DNA of 64,000 bases from positions 347,820,001 through 347,884,000 of the forward strand of contig OZ024742.1 in assembly GCA_964016885.1 (NCBI GenBank), read 5' to 3'. A program made the position numbers and the translations under genes. Source of the stretch: Eledone cirrhosa. Lineage: Eukaryota. Positions 39,271 to 51,795 of this stretch are shown here, piece by piece (positions within the stretch are counted from its first letter, which is position 1; every line of letters starts with the position of its first letter). The notes under the pieces are model-generated. The model saw only the letters and a list, made by a program, of their open reading frames with translations, searched no databases and was not told where the DNA came from.

Positions 39271-40510
39271 TGCTGATGACCTCGCACTCATAGCTGAATC
39301 TCTGGTAGAACTAGAGAATAAATTCTAAACCTGGAAGCAGGGACTAGAGAGAAAGGGTCTCAAAGTCAACATGACAAAGACTAAGGTCCTTGTAAGTAGA
39401 CGAGAAAACAGAACCCAGATCCCCTCAGGGAAATGGCCTTGCTCATTTTTTAGAAAGGTGTAGGTAGGAACTCCATTCTCTGCCCCAAATGCAAACAATG
39501 GGTACACAAGAGATGTAGCGGGATCTCAGGAAGCTTAATTAAGAATGTAGGCTTCACATGCAGCAGCTGTACTGGGACAGCAAGCAGCAAACAGCCACAG
39601 GAAACAAGTACCACCAATCTCTGGGAGGGCTCTGTAGAGACAGTAGACAGCTTCTGCTACCTAGGTGACCGAATTAGCAGTGGAGGTGGGTGTTCAGAAA
39701 GTGCAATAACTAGGGTAAGAACGGGATGGAAGAAGTTCAGTGAACTACTGCCACTGCTAGCTGCAAAAGGCTTCTCCCTCAAAATGAAAGGCAGACTGTA
39801 TGATGCGTGTATCCGAACAGCAATGTTACATGGTAGTGAGACCTGGGCGCTGAAGGTGGAAGACTTATGTAGATGAGAGAGAAACGAAGCCTGCATGCTC
39901 CGATGGATGTGTAACAGTAATATACGTGAACGACAAAGCATAAATGAATTGAGAGAGAGACTGAGCATAAGAGGAATCAAATGCTGTGTGCAGGAGAGGC
40001 GGTTGCGCTGGTATGGACATGTGATGCGTATGAAGGATGACAGCTGCATAAAAAGGTGCAGAGCACTAGAAGTTGATGGAAACCGCGGAGTGGGGAGACC
40101 CAAGATGACCTGGGATGAGGTGATAAAAGCCGACCTTACCCAATTACACCTCTCAAAGACAATGACACGACCGTGACTTCTGGCGTCACGCAGTAATACA
40201 GAGTACCCGACCTCCCATGGGTACATGCTGAAGCATATAAACAATATGCCCCCACCCCCCCACCCCCACCGCAAGGTGGTCGTGGAGGTGCCACGGCAAA
40301 AAAGCACCCAGCCCACACTGTAAAGTGGACGTGTAGGCGCCACGAAAAAGCACCCAGCACTCACTGTAAATGAGGTTGGTGTTAGGAAGGGCATCCAGCT
40401 GTAGAAATCAAGCCAGATCAGTTCCTGTATGAGCAAGGCATGGTCAGCCGACCAGACAACAGGACAACCCGTCTAACCCATGCTAGCGTGGAAGAACGGA
40501 CGTAAAACGG

Positions 40511-40540
<30 letters not shown>
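39271..40540 (+). mobile_element. RTE LINE, 5'-truncated at YADD, with 3' UTR and (GAT)n tail
   Basis: tatgctgatgacctcgca (YADDL), GLKVNMTKTK, MLHGSETW, RRLRWYGHVMR; ends cgtaaaacggtgatgatgat. Confidence 0.9.
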
Positions 40541-40542
<2 letters not shown>

Positions 40543-40830
40543 AATAAATGGAAACTATATTTATAAAACCATATTTATTTCATTATACATATTTCAGGGA
40601 TACCAAATAAAAATATGGTATGCCTTCATCAGACAAAATACAATATATAAACAGTTTTATAAATAATGGTTGCATTTAATAGGGTACGTCAAAATTATTT
40701 ATAAAACTGTTTATATATTGTATTTTGTCTGATGAAGGCATACCATATTTTTATTTGGTATCCCTGAAATATGTATAATGAAATAAATATGGTTTTATAA
40801 ATATAGTTTCCATTTATTAATATCGTATAT
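40540..40830. repeat. 128-bp inverted repeat (26-nt spacer) with hammerhead core motifs
   Basis: 40540-40667 is the reverse complement of 40694-40821. + arm: CTGATGA aggcatacca-loop-tggtatccct GAAA tatg TA at 40729-40775; stem I weak. Confidence 0.8.
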
Positions 40831-40909
40831 CTACTCCAAAAACTTGTCGAGTGCTTTATATCAGTTATAAAATATTTACTTGTATCCCAACAATTTTAAA
40901 TAGAACTTT

Positions 40910-40963
<54 letters not shown>

Positions 40964-41050
40964 GGAAAATTTGAACAGGAACAAAACAGAGAGGCAGTAC
41001 AACGAATGTTTATTAATTTCACGCTCTGGAGAGTGGGGTGGTGGTGGGGA

Positions 41051-41082
41051 ACGACGTTTCGGGCATAAGCCCTTCCTCAGGT
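41051..41082 (-). ncRNA. Minimal Penelope-type hammerhead motif
   Basis: Minus strand: ac CTGAGGA a gggc-ttat-gccc GAAA cg TC gt; AATAAA downstream and (TA)n flank. Confidence 0.55.
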
Positions 41083-41245
41083 GAGAAGTGTGTGGGAAGA
41101 GAGTTCAAAGGGTGTGTAGGGGAGTGGTGGAGAGACATATAGCGAAAAGGGGGTGGGAGGAAACGGTGCGAATGAAATTAAAAATAAAAATAAAAATAAA
41201 GCATGATCAAAATAAAATGAAATGAAATAAAAATAAATATAAAAG

Positions 41246-41271
<26 letters not shown>

Positions 41272-41276
<5 letters not shown>

Positions 41277-41881
41277 ACATGACTTTTAGCGGTCGCAATA
41301 ATGAAAGTAAATTTATTTTCATTTTCGAACGTCGTGTTTACATTTTGTGTGTGTGTTTAAAGGAAATATGCTGGCGACGAAACTTCTTCTTTGCACGGCT
41401 CCATGTGTTCTCTATGAGCTGTGTGTGCACATCAGGGTCCGCAGGATCTACAAAGTTCCGTTCGTGCACCACAACATCATGAACGTAAATCCCACCTTCA
41501 ATTTCCTCAATTTCCGAATAGGAAGCCCAACCATCGGAGATGATGCGGTTGCCTGGCAAAATCCCTGCTGAATGATGGGGACGAGAGTGTCACAGCTTCG
41601 ATTTGGGACTTCTACAAGGCAGCAGCGTCCAGAATGGCGGACTCACCATTCTGCAAGCCTCCTTAGAAGATTACTTCGGTATTGAGTACTCTTCTCTCAA
41701 CCGTCAACTACACACACACACATATATATATATATAATCAGTTAAAACGACAGAGGCTCTGATTTTGTCTTTAATCTCAGTAACTAATTTAGATCTAAAC
41801 ACACACACAAAATGTAAACACGACGTTCGAAAATGAAAATAAATTTACTTTTATTTTTCAGACCGTTAAAAGTCATGTATG

Positions 41882-41883
<2 letters not shown>
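41272..41883 (-). mobile_element. Internally deleted Merlin (IS1595/ISXO2-like) DNA transposon
   Basis: ~88-bp terminal inverted repeats starting GGCATACATGAC and ending GTCATGTATGCC. Internal fragment LVEVPNR..TL.PII..ILPG..IISDGWASY...VHERNFVDP...HTQLIENTWSRAK is the IS1595-type DDE signature. Inserted in (TA)n. Confidence 0.85.
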
Positions 41884-41916
<33 letters not shown>

Positions 41917-42074
41917 TAATAAAGTTTTAAATTGTTTTTTTTAAAGCATTATTGTATGAAATACGCCCCCTGATCAGAACTGATCAGTGACTAAGTAACA
42001 TTAATATTAAATTGTCATGAGAAGTGGAAGGAAAGAAAATAGAAGAAAAACAACAACAAAAACTGTGTACTAAC

Positions 42075-42991
42075 TTGACTTCTCCGGACAATAAAATGTC
42101 TTTGATATTGGGGTCAGTGTAACTGTTTTCTAATTTTTCGTTTATGCCGTCAGGAAACTTAAACCATTGATCATTATAGTAAAACCAGGCATAATACATT
42201 TTGGAGTGTATAAACTTACACTTGCGACGTGAACATCCCCCATTTAAGAAGAAATAACAAATTTCAGGCGTGTCATATTTATGTTTTAAATATGATACAA
42301 CAGTAGGATGAGTACTCGTGTTTTCGGAGGTTGATTTCACAAGGGCAACAAGTTTTTCATTTAAACCTGTATTACCAAACCCATATTTTAGCAAAACCAT
42401 TTTCACTTGCTCATCATTAACATCGTGGTTTTTATTACAATTTCTGTGACTTTTAGAATCGATATATTTTTTGCAGATATGAAGAGAGTTACATTGCAAA
42501 TGTTTCCTGCAACCACCTTCCATGTTGTAATAAATGCAAACTGAAGGTGTGGTCTCCGTTGAGCGGTTACAATGAAGTAGTAACACACTACGCACTAGTT
42601 CAAAGTTTAATCCATGAAGATCATGTTTCTTTAATATTTTCAGGTTTTGTTCGCTCTCAAAGACGTGGCCGTATATACATTTATGATTGAAGATGCAATC
42701 GTTACTCATTAAAAAGAATTTACAGATGTGCAAAAGAGGGCACTCGTTATCATGAGTTTCTGGATGGCCGCAGAGGCGCAGATCAGTTTTGGGATAAATT
42801 TTATGTTCCTCTTTGTAAAAATAATCAGGGTTTTTGTTAATTGTACGCTCGACATTTTTTGCAAGTTGTCGCTGATTTCTGCCATCGTGAGACATATGAT
42901 CCCTAATAGAAAATACAGTGAGGCCTTTAGATCCTTCTCTGGACAGAAATCTGTAAATAGAAGTCTTAAGATTACTTTTTGCTGTCGCCAT
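42075..42991 (-). CDS. ZAP (ZC3HAV1)/PARP12-like gene, exon 1: N-terminal domain, CCCH-type fingers, start of WWE1
   Basis: ORF 41984-42991 contains LC...C.LLHICKFFL...C...C.YGH, CIYYN..GCR...C.SLHICK.Y...C.KNH, EICYFFL.GGC....CKFIH, YAWFY....WFKF....EKLE.SY.DP. AA|gttagt donor at 42074, phase 2; the ORF beyond the donor is intronic. Confidence 0.85.
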
Positions 42992-45031
42992 CGTCTCAAT
43001 ATAGTTCCATAAACCAAAACAAAATTATAATATCTAAACGATGAACGGAAATAATGTTATAGGAAGAAAAAAATTATCACTGAAAAACTGGCACTGGGAA
43101 AATAATGTAACCTTTCAATTAAATACTAGGCTAGATATGAGTTTAGGAAGTAACTTTCACTTTGTCAAACTTATCTGTTCGTTAAAAGGCCGCGGAATAA
43201 TATTTTTACTTTGTGCTACGGCCAGTTGGTTTGACGCACTTGATGGCTTATTTTTTCTCCCATGGATTGGCAGTATCGGTAGAGGGTCGGACGCCATGCT
43301 TTGACGCATAGAGTTACGGTCTTTGCCATTCTGAGTTCAAATCCCGCCGAGGTTAACTTTGCCTTTCATCCTTACGGGGTCGATAAAATAAAGTACCAGT
43401 AATGCACTGGATAATTGCTGGCCTTGTGCCAAAAAGTAGAAACAATTATATTTGTGAGGTTCCTTGCAATAATTAATTCTATTTATTATATTTGTGAGGT
43501 TCCTTGCAATAATTAATTCTATTTATTATGTGTTATTTTCATTCTGTAAGAATTATAAATAATTTGTAATGTTATTTATACAACTGCGAATAAAACGAAA
43601 GTTATCAGGAAACATTGTGGTGATGGTGGTAGGTCCTAAAAACACGCTGGAAACAGCAGCCAAACATTTTAGCGAACACGTCTTTCATGTAGGCAAGCAG
43701 ACAGACTAAATTCATTACAAAACTTATTTTTCTGTCTACATCAATTCAGGTTTCTCTTTTTAGAGTTTATTCTTTTCCATGAACATCTGGGACATTTCCA
43801 GATATACTCTCAGGTATTCTTCAAACACTTTATTCATAGTTGTATAAATAACATTACAAATCGTTTTCAATTCTTTCAGAATGAAAATATATACAGAGCA
43901 TATAAATAAATTTACAGTAGAATAACATAACAAATATGTTTTAAATATATACATAAATAACATTATAAATTGCTCGCGATTCATTCAGAAAGATATATTC
44001 TTTTAATGTGGTGCTTTTCTGCTAGCACGTGTAGTGTGTATATTGATATTATACGCAAGTATATATACATGAAGATATGATACATTAAATAAAATCGGAG
44101 TTGACAATATACACAGAAATTGAACGAAGACTGTGTTACACTCTGTTATGTAATCAGTAACGAAATCCATGATACATTAAAAAAAGACGATATTATATAT
44201 AAACTGCATTAGGAGAATATTAGTGACAGAAATATATGAATATTTATTTAAGCGACCGCTAACCGGAAGTCTTGACATTTGAACATTTTAAAGAAGTGAA
44301 TCATTAAATAAATAATAAAATATATTTAATGAACAGCCACGAAATTTAGATAAATTGTGTAATATTCATTCATTATTTATTCAAAGTAATCCAACTTATT
44401 TTACTAATGGGTTAAAAAAATATAAACCGTACGCAGTCCCGCGCTCCTTACTTTATTATAGTTTAGATGTAAAGGAAGGGGTGAACAACCGAGCTAACAC
44501 CAGAGCAAAAGACAGCAGCGAGGGGTACTGGGCAACCTTTCTACCCAAATAATAACGGGAGTGGTGGAAAATCAGTAATTTTTCTAGATTGTCTCCGTTG
44601 ATTTTTTAAAAACCAGAATTAGTCATTTAGTTTACATATTGAGACCCTAAACCATCCTATTTATTTTATAACATATGGGATTTTTAATAAATACTTTTTT
44701 TTGTCATGTTTTTTTAATGTCTAAAGAAAATTAATTGTCGCAGAAATGCTACCACCTAAAATAAAATTTCACTGGAGATAGATTAACAAAATTTAATAAG
44801 CGGGGAGGGAGCGTTTATTCGAAACCCGAGAGTAATTGAGTGACAAGGACAAACCCATTAAAATTAGAACAGCCACAAGTATCGTCAATAGATGTGCCCT
44901 CCCTCTTCCCCGTCCCATTCTTCTGTGACCGCAGAGCCCTTGCCCTTCTCTTCATTTCCCCTTTTTAAATATCTGTAGTGTTGTTGTTTATGATTTTTTT
45001 TATATTTTTATTAATAAAACGTTTTATATTC

Positions 45032-45160
45032 AGAAAATGAAAGTGAATGAAAAAACCCAGACAAGAAAATGAAAGTGAATGAAAAAACCCAGACAAGAAA
45101 ATGAAAGTGAATGAAAAAACCCAGACAAGAAAATGAAAGTAAATGAAAAAAAAACAGACA
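45032..45160. repeat. ~32-bp tandem repeat, about 4 copies
   Basis: agaaaatgaaagtgaatgaaaaaacccagaca units. Confidence 0.85.
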
Positions 45161-45169
45161 AGGCAGACG

Positions 45170-46439
<1,270 letters not shown>

Positions 46440-46584
46440 AATATACACGGGTGTGTATGATTGTGTATAGAAGATTATATTAATAAAAGGAATTCAAACT
46501 TAAACTTTGTCTGATTTACAATCCTTTAAAATAATGATATTATAATGAAATAGTATGGTAGAATATTAAATGTTAAATGTTAAT

Positions 46585-46623
46585 TGAACAAGTACTTTCA
46601 TGCTTTCGCAATCTTCAGGTTCA
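46585..46623 (-). ncRNA. Minimal hammerhead ribozyme motif
   Basis: Minus strand: tgaac CTGAAGA t tgc-gaaa-gca t GAAA gtac TT gttca. Perfect 5-bp stem I, GNRA-capped stem II, palindromic stem III (AGTACT). Confidence 0.65.
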
Positions 46624-46720
46624 CATTCAGTGGTGACAGTAAGTTTGCAATTTTCAAATGTAATGAGATGGGTAAATTCTGTGCCTTATAAACAGTAAAA
46701 AAAGGCTACAGAATGCCAAG

Positions 46721-46756
<36 letters not shown>

Positions 46757-46761
<5 letters not shown>

Positions 46762-49700
46762 GAAAGAAGGTTTACATGGTTTGCTATACAAAAAAGTTTT
46801 TAATCACATAGCTTACATTTGTTTCACTGATCTGGTATGTCTAGAGATCGCTATCCGCCTAATTTTGCGTCACTCGATCGCCAATACAGAATTATAACCA
46901 GTCAGATCTTCGGAGCATGCGAGAATGAAGAAAATACACAGGCAAGAAAAGAAAAGAAAATATGGAGTAGTTATGGCATTCAATTAGAACAATAACAACA
47001 ACAATTATTACAACAATGCTATCAATAAACTATTTAAGGAGACCCTGACATTACTTAGGTGGGGGGGGTATATAATGTATCTAATGTTACGGCGTGAAAA
47101 CCAGCTGTCATAAGGCAAAAAGTATCGTAGTGTGTATCAATTTTAAATTATAAAGATAAGCTAGTTTTTACAGTCTTTCTCTTCATCTTCAACAGTATAC
47201 ATGAGTGGGACCACTGTCAAAGCTCAATAGTTGTAGAGTTAATACAGAGGTTAACGAATTAATATACGCATATATCTACGCACACACACACACACACACA
47301 TATATATAAATAAATATATATACACATATATGTGTACATAGACACATACATACACATCAATATACACTCGTACAAAAATATACATACATGCAAAGAGAAA
47401 AGCGTGCTAATTGTAATTATGGCAAAAAGAAGGTAAAGTAACATTGTAGTAGTGAAATGAGAAAAACTAGGATCTAGGATCAAATGATTGCAGCAGCTGA
47501 GAAGGAGTAAGATTGTTGGTAGATGAGGTATTTACAGACAATTGTGTGGTATAGACTTGTGAAGGAAATAGTATACTTAATGAATATATTTCTGTGGGTA
47601 GTAGGTATCCTAATTTAAAGCTATGTTATGTTGGTTCGATTCACGGAGGTTTGAATCTTATGAATTTAGTGGCTATTCTATGCCTGCAGAAGATAGATCT
47701 TTCTAACTTATTATTAAGTAGCCTTTTAACATTTCTAAGGATATACAATAGCTCAAGATCACACAGCCCGCAATAGGACATACCTGTACTATAGGTTTTA
47801 GCAGCCGACAACTTCGACCAGTTGATAGTGTAGCTAGCGTTGCTGTCCTTCAATTCCCATATTTTTCTGGCGAGGGTGGTGGAACCCATAAGTGCTCGGT
47901 TTTTCATTGAGTGTCTGTGCACATACCATCTTTTCTTAAAAGAACCCGCGGTGGATCCTATGTAATTCCAGGTGGAGTTACCCGAGATGACAGTGCACAT
48001 GTACACCAGGCTCGAATCGAGACATCTGTTCGCCAATGGGCACCTATCTGGGAGGTGACAGTTGCAGTTTGAGGCGCTATTTTGTGCAGCTTTTACATTC
48101 CTATTTAGTACCCTGTTATAAGTGGGTTGTGATATATGCCCAATGGGGTTTTGCTGCTGCGCGTTTGTATGCGCTTGTGGTTGTGATGTTGTGATGAGTT
48201 TGTGCTTATGTATAGGTGCAATTGATTTACTTGAGATATTTCTGTGGTTGATCTTGCGTATGTGTGATTCTATGTTAGCTGCTGTTGAGAAAGAGAGTTT
48301 TATAGTAGATCTATTGAGTATTTTGTGATATCTATGCGAGATAGGGAAGTGTTTATCTATTAGTTTTAAGAATATAGAGGGCAGTCTAGTTTTTATAGAG
48401 GAGTTGAATATTGGGTTGAACCATAGGTATTTTCTTTGTCTGTTTCTTCTATTGTTTCTTGGGTTTACGTTATTAGTGTTTTGGCCGTTTACTCCAGGTG
48501 TTACATGTCTAACCCTATGTCTAGTCAAGCTATTCCTATTATTATGTGAGCGGTTGGAGTAGTAATTACTAGGATTGTTTATGTTGTCCTTATTCACTAT
48601 ATACTGTAGTTTATCTTTATGACCGGCCCTACTTAATGCTGCATTATAATAGTCAGCATGCTCGTTAAAGATTTCTAGGTTTGAGGATAGACGGGATATT
48701 CGGAGGGATATACTACGTGCTATGGATTTAATTATGGATTTGGGGTGATTTGAGTTGTAACTAATGTAGGCAAGATTTTCATTATTTTTGTGGAAAGGTT
48801 CTATTAATCCAGTATTTAGATTTAGAGTTACATCTAGAAAATTTACCTTCTTATGGTTTAGTTCGTAGGTAATACTTAGGCCTAGTTTTTTTAAGAATAT
48901 TCTAATATTTTTCCTTAGTCTTTCCATGCTCTGGTTGTTTAGGTTCCTAGCTATAAGTAACGTGTCGTCCCTATAAATTCCTCCTTGGAGGTTACTGAAT
49001 TCCTTATGTAGGTTGTGTGCTATGAATAGCCCCACGATATCTGTAATTTGCGCAGAATCATTTGATCCCATTGTAATATCGAAGCTATTTATTCTATCCT
49101 TTCTTACCCAGTAGTTACTTTCAAATTTTACGATAGTCCTTCTAGCCGCTATTATTATTTCAATTTCATCATGGGTAAGATCAGAGTTATTTTGGGCAAA
49201 TATAAGCGCCTTATCTAGGGTAGCTGGGGATATGGATGCATAATAGTCGTCTATATCAAATTGTATGAAGTTACACGTCTCCCTATTTTGTATTTTATTG
49301 AACCATTTAATTGCCTCGTTAGTGTTGCCCCATAAATTGATTTCTAGTTTACCCTTTATTTGTGCGATTACCCTATCTAGAATGTTTTTGCTAATTTTAC
49401 CTATGTCTGACTTGGATGGGCATATTAATCTAATGGTGGGATTAGTTTCAAAGTTATTTTTGTGATCTTTCAGGTTAAATGTAGGGTTGCACGGGGTAAG
49501 CGGTTCGGTCCTATCTGAAATTCCGAGTTTATTAACTATCTTGAGGCCCTCCATGTTTATGCTGGTGAGTGTAGATTCATTTGTTTTTTTATATTTTTTA
49601 TGTAGTTCACGCTGAATAAAGTTATTGTATGTGTTAATGTCCATAGAGTATACGTTTGATGTTTTGTCTGCTTTTACTATGATACCGTTAATGTCTTTTA

Positions 49701-50316
49701 GTTTTTTAAGTAATGTATTTAAGTCATTTTGCAATTTGTTGTGATTTGTTCTTTTTTTAAATTTAGTTTCACTTATCATATTCATAAGGTCCAGCTCGAA
49801 GGCATCGAGTGCGGGGTTGTTTGGCGGGTTTTTGCAGGATTTAAACCCGTAATTCTCCTTGGAAAATTCCCTTCTGTTGGTATTCGGTCCCTTATCGAAA
49901 TGGTAAGCTTTCCATCGGACCCTGCGGATGAAATCATTAGTCCGTCGCATCATGCCCAGTGTATAGTCCTTTTTTGTAGGTACAGGTATGTTTTTTAGTG
50001 ACATACCTATACAGTGCTTCTCCATGTTGTTGCCGTGCGTTAATGGTGTTGCTCGACCAGGTGGGAGCTAAATATACGGATTAACAAATAATAGTTAAAT
50101 GCAGTCTACTTAGGTGAAGTCCAGTTATGGTATTCCAGGTAGTGGATGATATTAACGCTTGGCTTGGTTTGACTCAACAAGGCGTTTTCATAGTGATGCT
50201 GCGGGTATGCTGTAATTCCTATGTTGTAAACACTTGGAGTAATAATAAATCAGGAAAGAAGGTTTACATGGTTTGCTATACAAAAAAGTTTTTAATCACA
50301 TAGCTTACATTTGTTT
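46757..50316 (-). mobile_element. Apparently full-length Penelope-like retroelement (Naiad-like) with a 68-bp terminal direct repeat
   Basis: 46757-46824 matches 50249-50316; intact ORF inside; both flanks are (TA)n; hammerhead-like motif at 46811-46916. Confidence 0.88.
47641..50025 (-). CDS. Penelope-like reverse transcriptase + GIY-YIG endonuclease, 794 aa, uninterrupted
   Basis: SLKNIPVP..RRVRWKA, KADKT, LKDHK..F...P.IRLI.P, QFDIDDYYASI, MGS.DSAQI, GIYRDD, FLDVTLNL, SNHP; CNC....CPL...C...LVY, YIGST..SFKKRWY.H. Confidence 0.92.
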   Translation of the reverse strand: MEKHCIGMSLKNIPVPTKKDYTLGMMRRTNDFIRRVRWKAYHFDKGPNTNRREFSKENYGFKSCKNPPNNPALDAFELDLMNMISETKFKKRTNHNKLQNDLNTLLKKLKDINGIIVKADKTSNVYSMDINTYNNFIQRELHKKYKKTNESTLTSINMEGLKIVNKLGISDRTEPLTPCNPTFNLKDHKNNFETNPTIRLICPSKSDIGKISKNILDRVIAQIKGKLEINLWGNTNEAIKWFNKIQNRETCNFIQFDIDDYYASISPATLDKALIFAQNNSDLTHDEIEIIIAARRTIVKFESNYWVRKDRINSFDITMGSNDSAQITDIVGLFIAHNLHKEFSNLQGGIYRDDTLLIARNLNNQSMERLRKNIRIFLKKLGLSITYELNHKKVNFLDVTLNLNTGLIEPFHKNNENLAYISYNSNHPKSIIKSIARSISLRISRLSSNLEIFNEHADYYNAALSRAGHKDKLQYIVNKDNINNPSNYYSNRSHNNRNSLTRHRVRHVTPGVNGQNTNNVNPRNNRRNRQRKYLWFNPIFNSSIKTRLPSIFLKLIDKHFPISHRYHKILNRSTIKLSFSTAANIESHIRKINHRNISSKSIAPIHKHKLITTSQPQAHTNAQQQNPIGHISQPTYNRVLNRNVKAAQNSASNCNCHLPDRCPLANRCLDSSLVYMCTVISGNSTWNYIGSTAGSFKKRWYVHRHSMKNRALMGSTTLARKIWELKDSNASYTINWSKLSAAKTYSTGMSYCGLCDLELLYILRNVKRLLNNKLERSIFCRHRIATKFIRFKPP

Positions 50317-50369
50317 ATATATATATATTTATTTATTTATTTATTTATATTTTCCGAGGTTCATGCACA

Positions 50370-51494
50370 TATACTCGTATATAAGCAGAGTTGGAGCTGG
50401 TTTATATTCGAGGTCAATATTTTGCCGATTTTCATTGACTTCAAATTCTTAGTACATGAGGTACTGAAATATTTTTGCTTTGTGGGTGAAAATGAAAATG
50501 GTTTCGCTTTGGAGGTGAATTCTACACTGCTTTCACTTTGGAGGTGAATATGTAGCGAAATCTGTGTGGTGACATTTAATGGTCATTTTCTGGGTTATCT
50601 CCTTTCGGGCGTAAACAAGTCTGAGATTGGACGACCAGGGGATAGAGGAAACAACAGATTTAAATAGCCCGTCTTAGATCAAGCGGAAATCAGTTCAAAG
50701 CGGTTCTTGATAGAGTAAACATGTGAACTATTGCTTTCTACAGACCCTTTGGGGGTCTTACCGACTCTTACTCTCTCTTTCTCTCTCTCTTTCACTCAAT
50801 CTCTATCTCATGGTCTCTCTCTTAACCAAGCCAGTGAAGTTTATGAAGTTTTCTTGGTAAATACAATTTAATTCTACTTTTACAAACAGACAAATAATGT
50901 TCATAATTCTTGTGTATTTTTCTGATAGCTTCGGCGTGAGTTATTTTCAATAAATTAATAATATAGCAGTTTGGTATCTTCGTGGTTGATTTATATATAT
51001 TCATTTTCTGCGTGATCAAGGAACTATCATATCATCATCATCTTATGTGAACACTTACTTAGCTGCACACATACAACTCTGGTCACACATCAGTGACCCC
51101 ACGACACAGCAAGCTACAAGTGAGCACGCACGCAACAAACGAACCAACACTACAACAAAATAAGTCACCAACACGACCATAGAAATAATCGCTAAGTCAA
51201 ATTTATTTTTGGTATTTTTTAAAATGAATATAGCCTTCAAAACGGTGTGAAAATAGAAAATAATAATTACGTAATGGAGTGGTAAGAGAAAAAATATACC
51301 TTAAACAACACTTAAAAGGTTATAAATATCAAAATATAAAAACTTTATAAATATATTTCCCACTGAGGAGAATTTCACGAGAATTGCACCGTGTTGATTA
51401 GCGTCCTCGACTTAGAGACGGGGGTTGGGACTTTTCCCTATTTCTCAGACATAGACATAAAATAGGGGTCGATTTATATTCGACTATATACGGT
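50370..51494. mobile_element. Possible non-autonomous Tc1/mariner (pogo-like) element
   Basis: Right end ttatattcgactatatacggta and a degraded left end catatactcgtatataag resemble CCGTATATACTCG-type TIRs. No transposase seen. Confidence 0.35.
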
Positions 51495-51588
51495 ATATAT
51501 ATATATATATATATATATACCGTATATAGTATATATATATATACCGTATATATATATATATACCGTATATAGTATTTATATATATATA

Positions 51589-51671
51589 TAGTTATGTAAT
51601 AAACAACATAAGGCAATTATTCCATTTTCAGGAAATGGAATAATTGCCTTATGTTGTTTATTACATAACTA
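51589..51671. repeat. Perfect 39-bp inverted repeat with 5-nt loop next to (TA)n
   Basis: tagttatgtaataaacaacataaggcaattattccattt-tcagg-aaatggaataattgccttatgttgtttattacataacta. Confidence 0.9.
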
Positions 51672-51730
51672 TTAAGCTCTGTTACATACATAGAGCACTC
51701 TTTTTTCCTAGACTTTTCCGACGGAATTAC

Positions 51731-51795
<65 letters not shown>

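Noticed and set aside
41984-42074. C-terminal 30 aa of the 335-aa ORF (LVHSFCCCFSSIFF...)
   Set aside because: Lies beyond a good splice donor at 42074; the WWE domain continues in the exon at 22959 instead.
44255-44275. CCGGAAGT ETS-like motif as the promoter of the ZAP-like gene
   Set aside because: A single 8-mer 1.3 kb upstream of the ATG is not enough support without TSS data.
47641-50025. Selenocysteine recoding, as reported for some Naiad elements
   Set aside because: No in-frame TGA inside the ORF; the terminal TGA is followed by TAA within five codons; no SECIS identified by eye.
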